Shown: piece by piece, positions 16,614-26,039 of the stretch | How the letters are laid out: each line of letters starts with the position of its first letter | Position numbering within the stretch: position 1 is the stretch's first letter | Virus record (IMG/VR): IMGVR_UViG_3300045988_166055 | Location: 1 to 64,000 of that record | Origin: a virus | Length of the DNA stretch: 64,000 nucleotides | Reading direction: 5' to 3' (one strand) | Made by a program: the position numbers and the translations under genes | Notes under the pieces: generated by a model | Database searches by the model: none | Told to the model about the DNA's origin: nothing | What the model saw: the letters and a program-made list of their open reading frames with translations, nothing else

Positions 16614-17612
16614 ATGGATATAAATATTGTAATTGATAAATTGGCTGAGCAAGGTATGCTCAGGCCTAATAGAAAAATAGGTGATTATTATAGTTGCTAC
16701 TGTCCGTTTCACAATGATGGTAATGAAAGAAAACCTTCTTCAGGTATTCTTCTTCACGACCAATATAGAAACGGACAGATGTATCCTGCTGGTTGGTTCA
16801 ACTGTTTCACCTGTCATCATTCTTATCAGCTTCCTGATTTTATTTCAGAGCTTCTGAAAATTCATTCAATTCATCAAACAGGCGAGGCCTGGCTTGAAGA
16901 AAATATTGAAGGATACAATCATGAAGTAGAGTTTGAGCCGCTTATTCCCGAAGATATGATGAAGGGAGTAAACAACGCATTTGCAATAATGTCTATTAAG
17001 GACAAGATGAAAACCGAGAAACCTTCATATATCTCTGAACAAGAGCTTGCTAAATATAGATTTACAGTCGATTATATGTATTCACGAAAATTGACTGATG
17101 AAGTTATTGAAAAATTTGATGTAGGGTTTGATGCAAATTTCCTTCCTACAGGTAGAAAGAAAAAGATTCCTTGCGTAACTTTTCCAGTTAGAGATGTTAA
17201 TGGAAACACGCTATTCATATGTAGAAGGTCTGTTGAAGGAAAAGCTTTCTATCTTCCTTCAAAAGTTGAAAAATCAGTATATGGATTGTATGAACTTCCA
17301 AGAGGATGCGAGTCCGTAATAATAGCAGAAAGTTGTTTCAATGTTCTAACATGCTATGTTTATGGTTATCCTGCTGTAGGACTTCTTGGTACCGGTACGC
17401 CTAGGCAAATTGCTCAACTAAAAAGACTTGGTGTTAAGGAATTTGTACTTGGAATGGATCCAGACGAAGCAGGGGATTCGGCTTGTAGACGATTGAAAAA
17501 TGCCCTGAAGGATGTAGCTCTTGTAAGACGAATGGTAGATATTCCTATTGGAAAGGACATAAACGATCTTTCTAAAGAAGAATTCGTTAATATATACAAC
17601 AACAGAATTTAA
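16614..17612 (+). CDS. dnaG: DNA primase (CHC2 zinc finger + TOPRIM)
   Basis: CYCPFHNDGNERKPS...FNCFTCHH; TOPRIM IIAESCFNV and LGMDPDEAGD. Confidence 0.85.
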   Translation: MDINIVIDKLAEQGMLRPNRKIGDYYSCYCPFHNDGNERKPSSGILLHDQYRNGQMYPAGWFNCFTCHHSYQLPDFISELLKIHSIHQTGEAWLEENIEGYNHEVEFEPLIPEDMMKGVNNAFAIMSIKDKMKTEKPSYISEQELAKYRFTVDYMYSRKLTDEVIEKFDVGFDANFLPTGRKKKIPCVTFPVRDVNGNTLFICRRSVEGKAFYLPSKVEKSVYGLYELPRGCESVIIAESCFNVLTCYVYGYPAVGLLGTGTPRQIAQLKRLGVKEFVLGMDPDEAGDSACRRLKNALKDVALVRRMVDIPIGKDINDLSKEEFVNIYNNRI

Positions 17613-17624
17613 GGAGGACACACC

Positions 17625-17933
17625 TTGTATATTTCCAGTCATAACGACAATTTTATGAACAAGAACATTGATAAGCCTTATGAAGATAGATTTGATTATA
17701 CAGTATACGAGATGATCATTTCTGAAATGAATGCTGAAATTTCTAGACAAAACAAAAGGATTGAAGCATTTAAGCTTGTAGAAGAGATGAATAATCAGAT
17801 GATTGATGCTTTGATTGAAGCTAATCGTCGTCTTCAATCTGAACTTGAGAAGGGAATTGATCCGAATGATAGATATTACAGATCTAAGCCTGGACGGGTA
17901 CCAGTTAGAAAGAGTTCTAGACATAAGGAGTAA
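17625..17933 (+). CDS. hypothetical coiled-coil protein
   Basis: TTG start 7 nt after AAGGAGG. 102 aa. Confidence 0.45.
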   Translation: MYISSHNDNFMNKNIDKPYEDRFDYTVYEMIISEMNAEISRQNKRIEAFKLVEEMNNQMIDALIEANRRLQSELEKGIDPNDRYYRSKPGRVPVRKSSRHKE

Positions 17934-18150
17934 ATGCAGACGAATCATTGACTGGATGCTGAATGAGAAGTGTTCAATTCGTGATTGTGCAAAAGATGTA
18001 GGAATGCCTAAATCAACTGTTCATCAATATATTCACAAATATATCAAAGACGGTTGGGATGAAGAGTATCAAGAGATAAAAGTTATACTTCGATGGAATA
18101 AACGAGAGCGGTTCAAGCCTAAGAAATATTGGCGTGGTAGGCAGTGGTAA
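17866..18150 (+). CDS. SpoIIID-like HTH transcriptional regulator
   Basis: RSKCRRIIDWMLNEKCSIRDCAKDVGMPKSTVHQYIHKYI parallels the SpoIIID N-terminal HTH (..VSKSTVHKDL..). Size is ~94 aa if it starts at ATG 17866, which overlaps the upstream gene by 68 nt. The start is uncertain. Confidence 0.55.
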   Translation: MIDITDLSLDGYQLERVLDIRSKCRRIIDWMLNEKCSIRDCAKDVGMPKSTVHQYIHKYIKDGWDEEYQEIKVILRWNKRERFKPKKYWRGRQW

Positions 18151-18159
18151 GGAGAAGTC

Positions 18160-19338
18160 ATGAATTACGCTTGGATGATTAGACAAGATGGAAAAGAATT
18201 TGAATGTAATCATCATTTCTATTGTATGAATGATGATGACCTTTCTTCAGAAGCTGAATGTTCTGCATTCATTATAAAAACTAAATCTAAGGACAGTGAT
18301 TTAGCTAACCAAGTTATTGACGCTTGGCTCGCTCTTGGTATTGAACAAGAAGTCAATTATGATGCAGATGTCCATGACATCAATGAAGCTATTTTGAATT
18401 TCGTGAACAACCTTCCCTACAGATTTCAATATCCTATTTCAGCTAGAGAAATTCTTGACATTCATATCAAAGCTAATAACTATTCAGATGTTGATAGCTT
18501 GTATGAATATTGCGACGAAGTAAGAGAAAATCTTTTTTCTATTCAAGAAGAAATCAAGCATTCAATCAATCAGCAGTTTTGCAGAGCAAGATACGGTGGG
18601 CAATATAATTCTACTTATAGAAATAACACAATGTGGTTCCGAATTTCTAGTGTAGGTTTCAATTGGGCAGATATTGTTTATATCTTTACTTCAAAGAATA
18701 AGAATAAGTTGCAAATTGATAAGGTAACTATCTGCAGAGATCATGAATCCGATAACGGATATGATTCAAATGAACCTGAATATTTCTATAAGGCCAAGGA
18801 TGGCTCAGTATACTATGATATGCCGGTTGACGAATTTCTAAATGAGGCGCATGAACACTCGCTTGTTTTCTCTGCTTCTATGCTTCCTTCAACTGTATTG
18901 ATCTATGCAGTAAGTTTCGCTGGCGGTGCAACTGAAAGGCAGATAGTTTATTCAGCTAAACATAGAAGAAATCAATATAATTATGATACATGGGATAAGC
19001 TTAAGACGATTGAGAAGAAAATCAATTGTATTTCTGCATCTGAATTTCTTGACAAAGCGCCTACTCGTACTAGAAATAGAGTTCAAAAAATTCAAGACGA
19101 CATTTTGAACACATATCCCGAAATTAAATCTGTTGATGTAGATTTTAAGCATAGGGAAAACACAAGAGGAAAAAATGTTGGCGTAGAGTATATTTTCATT
19201 CTATCTTCTGACGATCCTAGAATTGATGGAATTAAAGTAGGAGTAGCTTTCAACAAACCAGAAACTTCTCCAGATTTGATTTTCAGAAGATTCAGAATGG
19301 AATATGAGGAATTCAAAGGGTTCAAAAATATTGAATAA
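18160..19338 (+). CDS. hypothetical protein
   Basis: 392-aa ORF preceded by AAGGAGAAG. No family recognised. Confidence 0.6.
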   Translation: MNYAWMIRQDGKEFECNHHFYCMNDDDLSSEAECSAFIIKTKSKDSDLANQVIDAWLALGIEQEVNYDADVHDINEAILNFVNNLPYRFQYPISAREILDIHIKANNYSDVDSLYEYCDEVRENLFSIQEEIKHSINQQFCRARYGGQYNSTYRNNTMWFRISSVGFNWADIVYIFTSKNKNKLQIDKVTICRDHESDNGYDSNEPEYFYKAKDGSVYYDMPVDEFLNEAHEHSLVFSASMLPSTVLIYAVSFAGGATERQIVYSAKHRRNQYNYDTWDKLKTIEKKINCISASEFLDKAPTRTRNRVQKIQDDILNTYPEIKSVDVDFKHRENTRGKNVGVEYIFILSSDDPRIDGIKVGVAFNKPETSPDLIFRRFRMEYEEFKGFKNIE

Positions 19339-19383
19339 AATTCAAGTAAATTATTAACGAATGATTAAGTCGCCAAAAAGGTA

Positions 19384-19412
19384 TTGACTTTTTCATTAAA
19401 ACATATTATAAT
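19384..19412 (+). promoter_or_regulatory. consensus sigma-A/sigma-70 promoter (early)
   Basis: GGTATTGACTTTTT...TATAAT. The -35 is 19384-19389, the spacer is 17 nt, and the -10 is 19407-19412. TGTAG follows 5 nt downstream. Confidence 0.7.
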
Positions 19413-19482
19413 ATGTTTGTAGTTAATCAGTCAACATCAAAGCCAGACAAATCAAAATTTATCAATATTGGAGGAACCAAAG

Positions 19483-20175
19483 ATGGCAAGAAGACCTTTG
19501 TACAAGCAAGTTTCCGCTTTTGAGAGCACTAATAGACATAGAGTTGCTCGTGGTGTTGAGCCTATTCCGACGGTCAATCCGTTTAAGGCTACTTTCAACA
19601 TGTTCCGCGAGTATCTCGGCTACGTCAGACCGCTGACCTATTCCGAGTGGATGGAAGTTGATCCCGAAGATAAGGCAGCGGTTCTTTATGTGCAGTTTTA
19701 CGATCAGATTACACTTGCATGGTACAAGTCTCGCAGTTTCTATGCACAGGAAGAAGACGGAGTATCTACCATGATGCAGTATCTTATCAAGAACGTTCCC
19801 GTTCTTGAGAAAGATCCTAAGCGGTTCTCTGAACGGTACATCTATCGTGTTGCTTACAACTGTTTGTATTGCATCTGTCACGATATCAAGGTCGACAAAG
19901 ACCGTTACGAGCTTGAAACTAGCAACATTCAGGCTACTGATGGTGATGATGAGGTTGATCTTTTCAATCTTGTTCAGTCTAATTTCTCTATTCAGACAAC
20001 TATCAATAAGGAGAAGTTCTGGGAAGTTGTCATGTCTATGGACGACGATGTATTGACCTTCGTAGATTGTCTTATCAATAAGACTCGTTTTCCTGCAGGA
20101 ATGAAAGCTAAGAGTGCTTCTTACATTGGGAAGCTTCGTGTAGCTCTTAAGGATTTCCAGGACATGGATTATTGA
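19483..20175 (+). CDS. putative sigma-like factor (ECF/region-2-like)
   Basis: DKAAVLYVQFYDQITLAWYK...EEDGVSTMMQYLIKNV...FSERYIYRVAYNCLYCI resembles sigma region 2, and the C-terminus is HTH-like. ATG lies 7 nt after GGAGGA. Confidence 0.4.
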   Translation: MARRPLYKQVSAFESTNRHRVARGVEPIPTVNPFKATFNMFREYLGYVRPLTYSEWMEVDPEDKAAVLYVQFYDQITLAWYKSRSFYAQEEDGVSTMMQYLIKNVPVLEKDPKRFSERYIYRVAYNCLYCICHDIKVDKDRYELETSNIQATDGDDEVDLFNLVQSNFSIQTTINKEKFWEVVMSMDDDVLTFVDCLINKTRFPAGMKAKSASYIGKLRVALKDFQDMDY

Positions 20176-20244
20176 TTTATCGAGACGCTTATCAACATAA
20201 AATTCAAATACAATTATCTGTATGCAATGAATCTTTATCTTGAT

Positions 20245-20265
20245 GAATCGTTATTACATATGTAG
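20245..20265 (+). promoter_or_regulatory. GAATCGTTAT-N6-TGTAG motif site
   Basis: Exact bipartite form, 33 nt upstream of ATG 20278. The SD GAGGAGG follows TGTAG. Confidence 0.5.
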
Positions 20266-20277
20266 AGGAGGTGATAG

Positions 20278-20715
20278 ATGTTGAGCACAACAGTTTCTAC
20301 TTCAGTTGATTTTGAGTTTGCTTATCTTATGAAGCTGAAAGGTAAACCTATTCTTAATTCGCACAGATATACAATGGTAGCTACAGTAGGTTCTTCTGAT
20401 ATCAAAGATGGAATCATCATTGATTATGATGAACTTAAGTATGTTCTTCTTTCTTCAGTTCCAGATAAAACATTTGTAGCTTCCATGGTAAATTCTGATA
20501 AGGAATTGAATGTAGCTAAGGCGCTACAGGATTATGGAGTGCCTATCAAAATTGTTTCATTTGAGCTATGCACAGAAAGACTTGCAGAGCTATTCGCAAA
20601 TACAATTCAGTCAAAGCTTGATGAATATCACCTCGGATATGTTCTACTTTCATTGATTCTACAGGAGAACAGCTCTTCTTCTGTTAATTGGCAGAATCAG
20701 AAATCAAATCTGTAA
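20278..20715 (+). CDS. PTPS/QueD-fold-like protein with degenerate catalytic residues
   Basis: FEFAYLMKL...NSHRYTMVATVG...GIIIDYDELKYVL parallels the QueD pattern F-AAH...HGH-Y-V-V...G-V-DF--LK, but the His positions are replaced. Confidence 0.3.
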   Translation: MLSTTVSTSVDFEFAYLMKLKGKPILNSHRYTMVATVGSSDIKDGIIIDYDELKYVLLSSVPDKTFVASMVNSDKELNVAKALQDYGVPIKIVSFELCTERLAELFANTIQSKLDEYHLGYVLLSLILQENSSSSVNWQNQKSNL

Positions 20716-20745
20716 TCATATCAAAACAAACTGGAGGAATTTAAT

Positions 20746-21447
20746 ATGGCATTCAAGACAGTCGAAAGCTACAATGAGGCTCGCTTTGGTGGGTTCTTCC
20801 TTCTTCGAAATGATGGCGACTTCGCAGATGTCGTTTTCATGTATCGAAATAAGGATGATGTCCTTGTAGCTGACACACATTATGTGAAGGGTTCGGATTA
20901 TTCCGGTTATGTTCACTGCTGCGGAAGAGGGTGTCCTGCTTGTTCTAAGGGCATCCGTGTGCAGACAAAGCTCTTCATTCCTGTTTACAACATCAATGAG
21001 AAGAAGATTCAGTTCTGGGATAGAACAATGCGTTTTGAGCCTCAGCTAATGAACGATGTATTCAAGAATTTCCCTGATCCTTCTAATTATGTATTCCGAA
21101 TCACTCGTCACGGTCAGGCAGGTAGTTTCGATACTACCTATGAAATTCAGGCCATCGGTAGAAACAACATTATGAGCTACAGTGATATTCTTGCAGCAAA
21201 TAACGCTTCTTCTCCTGATTATTATAGTGAAGTTTGCCGCGAGTATACTGCTTCCGATCTAAGCGAACTGCTCAATCAGCATGCAGACAGTAACAGCAAT
21301 GTTTCTCCTAGCAGCTTGCCTAGTTATCAGGTGAAGCCTCGTTCGACATCTAATGCTCCTGAGTATGTTCCACCTGCAGTAGAACTTCCCGATGAAAATG
21401 AACCCGTTGGTACACCTGAAGAGCTTGATGATGATGTAGTATTCTGA
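20746..21447 (+). CDS. single-stranded DNA-binding protein, T4 gp32-like, acidic tail ending in Phe
   Basis: Zn motif HCCGRGCPACSKG followed by an OB-like segment (KLFIPVYNINEKKIQFW..., YVFRITRHGQAGSFDTTYE). The C-terminus is ...PEELDDDVVF. Confidence 0.55.
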   Translation: MAFKTVESYNEARFGGFFLLRNDGDFADVVFMYRNKDDVLVADTHYVKGSDYSGYVHCCGRGCPACSKGIRVQTKLFIPVYNINEKKIQFWDRTMRFEPQLMNDVFKNFPDPSNYVFRITRHGQAGSFDTTYEIQAIGRNNIMSYSDILAANNASSPDYYSEVCREYTASDLSELLNQHADSNSNVSPSSLPSYQVKPRSTSNAPEYVPPAVELPDENEPVGTPEELDDDVVF

Positions 21448-21460
21448 TAGCGAATTCAAG

Positions 21461-21498
21461 ACCCTACGTGACATCAAAATCACGTAGGGTTTATTTTA
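21461..21498 (+). terminator. rho-independent terminator
   Basis: ACCCTACGTGA 21461-21471 pairs with TCACGTAGGGT 21480-21490 (11 bp), then TTATTTTA. Confidence 0.75.
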
Positions 21499-21512
21499 TA
21501 GGAGGTACAAAT

Positions 21513-24077
21513 TTGAGCTTATTTAATTCGTCTCAGATGGCTAGAATCAATGAAGTAGCCGAACGGACAAAGCAGCTCAATAAAGAGAAGCCAAAAGCTG
21601 TAAGAGTTTCTACAGTTAATGCTGAACTAAATGAGATGTCAAAGGCTGTTCAGGAATACTTCAAAGATTCTAAAGCTATTCTGATTAGGACAAAGGATCA
21701 ACTTCACGATTATGTAACAAGATGTATTGAAGCTGGATATGCTGGAATAGATACAGAAACAACAGGGCTTGATAGACAAAATGACTGGATTGTCGGTGCC
21801 TCTCTTTACTATCCAGGCGGAGTAGAGTGTTACATTCCTATGAAGCATCTTGTTCCTATATTTGAAAGTCCTTACAAAGGGCAGCTAAGTTACGAAGAAG
21901 TTTCTGAGGAGTTCAAGCGGATGGAAAACAGCAGCATTCGTCTCATCTTCGCAAATGCAGACTACGACTTGGCTATGATTTACAAGGATCTAAAAGTTGA
22001 TTTCTGCGATAGATTCTACTATGATGTAATCCTTGCATGGAGATGTTTGAAAGAAAACGAACTTCACAACGACTTGAAATTCCTTTATAACAAGTATGTG
22101 CTTAAAGGTAAAGGAGATCCAAAACGATTTAGCGATTTCTTTTCTTTAAAGTTGTTTCCATTCTCTGATCCGGAGATTGCAAAGTTGTATGCTGCAAATG
22201 ACGCAAAGATTACATACGATTTGTTTAAGTGGCAGCTTCCTTATGTTACTGAATCTCATCCTAAATGCAAGAAGGCTCATCTTGAAGCTATCTCCCGTCT
22301 CATATGGGATCTTGAGATGCCTATGGTTAAGGTCTGTCAGAACATGCATCGTACGGGCATGTATATTGACAAGAATGTTGCAAATGCTCTAAAGAAGAGA
22401 TATAGAGAAGATTACAACAAGGAGATGAAGAAACTTCAAGATATGGTACAGGAAATAATTGATAATTCCACTGTATCATATTCAGGCAAGCGTCCGTTTA
22501 CCAAGGGATCAGATTTCAACCCAGGTTCACCACCTCAGGTAAAGTATCTTGTTTACGACCTTCTTCAAGTTCCAAAAGGTAATTCTTCTGGTACAGGTAA
22601 AGAAGTATTGAACGAAATTAACCTTCCTGTTACAAATCAAATTTTGAAGGTTAGAAGCCTTTCAGTTCTTATCAATACATTCGTAGATAAGCTTCCTAAT
22701 TCTGTTGCAAGAGACGGAAGAATTCATGGTCAGTTCAAGCAAATTGGCGCTGATACAGGGCGAATGTCTTCTGCAGAACCTAATCTTCAAAATATTCCTT
22801 CTCATGCTGTTGATATTCGTCATATGTTTAGAGCTACTCCTGGTTACGTTATGTTAGGAAGCGACTTTAGTCAGCAGGAGCCTAAACTAACTGCTTTTGT
22901 CGGAGACATCAAAGAGATGTGTGAAGGTTTTGCACATGGAAAGGACGCTTATGCGCTTATTGCAAGCGTATCTTTCAATATGCCCTATGAAAAATGTCTT
23001 GAATTTCATCCAGATACACATGAGTATCAGCCAGATGGTAAGGCGAGACGGAGCGAAGCTAAAAGTATACTACTAGGAGTGTTATATGGACGATCAATTC
23101 CGTCTATTGCAGATCAATTGTACGGTAAACGAGACGACATGACAGACGAGCAGAAGCAAAAAGCTGCGCAAAAAGTTTTTGATGCTGTTATGAATGCTTT
23201 CCCAGGTCTACGAAATCTTATGATTAACACTCAAAATCATGCTTCTCAATACGGATATACAGAGACAATTCTTGGGAGAAGAAGACACTTACCAGATATG
23301 CAGCTTCCGGAATTTGAGTTCAAAGCAATGAAAGGGTATGTAAATCCTGATGTTGACCCGTTAGATGTAAGTACTCTTGAAAATAGAGACGAGATTCCAA
23401 AGCATGTTGTTGATGATTTGAAAAAAGAATTTGGCAAATACAAATACTATGGTCAGATTGCTAAACGGACTAAACAGCTATATGAGGAAGAACATATACG
23501 AGTAATCAATAATAGACCAAAAATTAACGACGCAACACGCCAATGTGTAAACAGCGTTGTGCAGGGATCGGCTGCTGACCTCACTAAGATGGCGATTTTG
23601 AACCTCTGCAACAACAAAAGATGGCAAGAAATAGGTGGAAGATTGCTTGTACCGGTTCACGACGAGTTAATAACAGAGGTGCCAGAACAATATGCAGAAG
23701 AAGGAGCTAAAATTCTTTCAGATTGCATGTGCGGTGCTGCATCATTCATGCCATTTCCTATCACATGTGATGTTGAAACTTCCTACAGATGGTATGGAAT
23801 GGAATATCCTTGTCCGTATCCTAAACCTGAATCATTAACAGATTATAAATCAGACGAGATAAAGTGGATCCAGTATCATCTTGTTGAGATGGAGTATAAA
23901 CTTCCTGTCTATAAAGATGAAAACGGCGAAAAACCTCGTGGCGATGCTGCAAAGGGTGTAAACGGAGTAGAAAGCCCTGAAATGAAAGCTGATATTGATG
24001 ATTACATCAAGAGCCGCCATATTTCATTAGAGGAATTTATTGATTACATAGAAAAAGAAGTTTCAGGTAGACTTTGA
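21513..24077 (+). CDS. polA: family A DNA polymerase with 3'-5' exonuclease domain
   Basis: Exo I GIDTETTGL; ADTGRMSSAEPNLQNIP; motif A SDFSQQEPKL; motif B RRSEAKSILLGVLYG; motif C VPVHDELITEV. The track start lies inside the terminator. TTG 21513 is 6 nt after GGAGGT, and ATG 21537 is an alternative. Confidence 0.9.
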   Translation: MSLFNSSQMARINEVAERTKQLNKEKPKAVRVSTVNAELNEMSKAVQEYFKDSKAILIRTKDQLHDYVTRCIEAGYAGIDTETTGLDRQNDWIVGASLYYPGGVECYIPMKHLVPIFESPYKGQLSYEEVSEEFKRMENSSIRLIFANADYDLAMIYKDLKVDFCDRFYYDVILAWRCLKENELHNDLKFLYNKYVLKGKGDPKRFSDFFSLKLFPFSDPEIAKLYAANDAKITYDLFKWQLPYVTESHPKCKKAHLEAISRLIWDLEMPMVKVCQNMHRTGMYIDKNVANALKKRYREDYNKEMKKLQDMVQEIIDNSTVSYSGKRPFTKGSDFNPGSPPQVKYLVYDLLQVPKGNSSGTGKEVLNEINLPVTNQILKVRSLSVLINTFVDKLPNSVARDGRIHGQFKQIGADTGRMSSAEPNLQNIPSHAVDIRHMFRATPGYVMLGSDFSQQEPKLTAFVGDIKEMCEGFAHGKDAYALIASVSFNMPYEKCLEFHPDTHEYQPDGKARRSEAKSILLGVLYGRSIPSIADQLYGKRDDMTDEQKQKAAQKVFDAVMNAFPGLRNLMINTQNHASQYGYTETILGRRRHLPDMQLPEFEFKAMKGYVNPDVDPLDVSTLENRDEIPKHVVDDLKKEFGKYKYYGQIAKRTKQLYEEEHIRVINNRPKINDATRQCVNSVVQGSAADLTKMAILNLCNNKRWQEIGGRLLVPVHDELITEVPEQYAEEGAKILSDCMCGAASFMPFPITCDVETSYRWYGMEYPCPYPKPESLTDYKSDEIKWIQYHLVEMEYKLPVYKDENGEKPRGDAAKGVNGVESPEMKADIDDYIKSRHISLEEFIDYIEKEVSGRL

Positions 24078-24090
24078 ATCGTTAATGTAA
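24076..24090 (+). promoter_or_regulatory. variant motif site GAATCGTTAA-TGTAA
   Basis: Overlaps the polA stop, 58 nt upstream of ATG 24134. Confidence 0.35.
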
Positions 24091-24133
24091 TCAACACAAA
24101 ATGTGTAAAAAATCAACATAAGGAGATATCAAA

Positions 24134-25258
24134 ATGCGATTTACAGTAAGCACAAAACCGTTTTCTGATGGCTTGAATCTTGCAATTGTTAACTCAAATG
24201 TATCAAAGTTCAGCCAGAAGAGTAATATCGCCCAGGTTAGCGTAAGTAACAAACAGCTTGTTGTCAACTTAGAGTGCGATAATGTTAAGACTGAAATTCG
24301 ATTCAAAGGCGGAATGGATGGTGATCTTTCTGATAAGATTGCAACTGTCAGCTGCTTGGTACTGAAGCAGCTTGTTTCTACTTTTGATTCTGCAGTCACT
24401 ACTGTTGAATTTGATGAGAACGGTCTTATTCTATACTCTGGAAAGTCTAAGTTTGTTGTCCCTGACATCATCAAGAATACAGACATGGAGTTAAACAAGC
24501 CTCGTTACAATGTTGGAGGTTCAGATATTCGTCAAATTGATAAAGCTTCTTGGAAGTTCATTGACGACCATCAGATGTTTGCTATCAGCATGTCTTTTGT
24601 CAATCCTATCTACACTCGTTGCTGGATTGGAGATACAACTGATGTCCTTGTAGGAGATATGGATAACAGCATCTTTGCACACTCTAACAAGGGTACACTT
24701 GGTGAAACTTGCCTACTTCGTAGTGACATTATCAACATGTTTGTTTCTCTGCCTGAAGATGCAACGCTGTCTAATATTGGTGATGCTTATCTTGTGCATA
24801 CAAAGAACGACTGCTACGAAATGTATTCAGAAGTTACTCCTGAGCACGAAGATGATCCTAACCTTGGAAGTTATAACGCTGATATCATCATGGATATGAT
24901 GAAGACAGATATGAGCAAAGCTGTAAAAATCAACACTTCTTCTATTCTGAAGACATTGAATCAGTCAGATTTGCTATCTACCGAAGATAAGTCTGCTAAG
25001 GCTGTATTTATCAATGTTGATAGTAATGTACTTACTGTCTCCGATGATAATGTAGATTGTAAGGTTGATGTTGAAGGTAGTTCTGGAATTTCCTACAATA
25101 TCAAGATGAAGGCGAGCAACTTCAAGTCTGCAATATCAAACATTGACAGCGAGTCTGTTTTCATTGCTCCTGTAACTAATGGAGAAACAGATGAAATTGT
25201 AGGGTTGATTCTTTGGACGGATAATATGTCTATCCTTGTTGCCGGAGCTGATCAGTAA
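24134..25258 (+). CDS. dnaN: bacterial-type DNA polymerase sliding clamp (beta, DnaN-like)
   Basis: 374 aa (three-domain beta-clamp size). N-terminus MRFTVSTKPFSDGLNLAIVNSNVS...LVVNLECDN resembles the DnaN start. Replication-module context. Confidence 0.55.
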   Translation: MRFTVSTKPFSDGLNLAIVNSNVSKFSQKSNIAQVSVSNKQLVVNLECDNVKTEIRFKGGMDGDLSDKIATVSCLVLKQLVSTFDSAVTTVEFDENGLILYSGKSKFVVPDIIKNTDMELNKPRYNVGGSDIRQIDKASWKFIDDHQMFAISMSFVNPIYTRCWIGDTTDVLVGDMDNSIFAHSNKGTLGETCLLRSDIINMFVSLPEDATLSNIGDAYLVHTKNDCYEMYSEVTPEHEDDPNLGSYNADIIMDMMKTDMSKAVKINTSSILKTLNQSDLLSTEDKSAKAVFINVDSNVLTVSDDNVDCKVDVEGSSGISYNIKMKASNFKSAISNIDSESVFIAPVTNGETDEIVGLILWTDNMSILVAGADQ

Positions 25259-26034
25259 TGGCATTTAGATCAGTTTCGTCTATAAACTTATCTCGATTTA
25301 ATTCAAGTGTAAGCTGCAATTTCCTTGAAGATTACGAAGCATATTTAGATACTAAGTCTATAGAAAAAGCATCTAAGTTATCAAGCAAAACATTTGCTCC
25401 ATCTTCATTTAGATGCATGCGAAAGAGCTGGTTTCGTCTTAGAGGAGTAAAGCCTGATAAGGACATGAAGCCTGACAGAGGGCTCGATTTTACAGCTGAC
25501 ATGGGAACGGCTTGTCATAAGATTATTCAAACTGATCTGAAGGATATGCTCAAAGAGAATTGGGTCTCAGTCGAGGATTTCTTGGCTGAGAACCCTATTC
25601 CTCATGAATATAGTTTATCTAAGTCTGATGATGGACTAGAAACAAGAGTAGAATTTCATGATATTCCTATCAGATTCGCAGTAGACGGTATTGTTAGAAT
25701 TGATGGTGAGTACTATTTACTTGAAATTAAAACAAGCGAGTTCTCTGCATTTAATAATCTTACTCAATGGAAAGATGAACATGAAGATCAAGTTAAATGT
25801 TATATGACATTACTTGGACTCAAGAAGTGCTTATTCTTGTATCAAGATAGGCAGTATGGTTCACTAAAATGTTACCAATTAAACATAAGTGAGAATGATG
25901 TTGAAAAAGTGACAAATGTTTTCAAAATCGTTATGGATTGCGAAAAGAACATGATTGCTCCAGATAGATTACCTAGAGGCGACAAATGGTGTTCTATGTG
26001 TGAGTACAAAAAGTCTTGCGAAACTTGGGGGTGA
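25258..26034 (+). CDS. PD-(D/E)XK exonuclease, Cas4/RecB-like with Fe-S cysteines
   Basis: AVDGIV...YYLLEIKTSE (D...ExK), QVKCY (QxxxY). Cys in FRCMRKSW plus C-terminal CSMCEYKKSC gives a C...CX2CX5C pattern. Confidence 0.7.
   Translation: MAFRSVSSINLSRFNSSVSCNFLEDYEAYLDTKSIEKASKLSSKTFAPSSFRCMRKSWFRLRGVKPDKDMKPDRGLDFTADMGTACHKIIQTDLKDMLKENWVSVEDFLAENPIPHEYSLSKSDDGLETRVEFHDIPIRFAVDGIVRIDGEYYLLEIKTSEFSAFNNLTQWKDEHEDQVKCYMTLLGLKKCLFLYQDRQYGSLKCYQLNISENDVEKVTNVFKIVMDCEKNMIAPDRLPRGDKWCSMCEYKKSCETWG
25925..25934 (+). promoter_or_regulatory. AAATCGTTAT motif copy inside coding sequence
   Basis: Exact 9-mer core within the nuclease gene, 115 nt upstream of the dnaX-like ATG 26040. No TGTAG follows. 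Confidence 0.2.
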
Positions 26035-26039
26035 CAAAT

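Noticed and set aside
21468-21530. NLSLF near the polymerase N-terminus resembles the beta-clamp-binding motif QL(S/D)LF.
   Set aside because: The N and L lie upstream of, or at, the most plausible start (TTG 21513), and the upstream in-frame sequence is inside a terminator hairpin. The motif is probably not fully translated.
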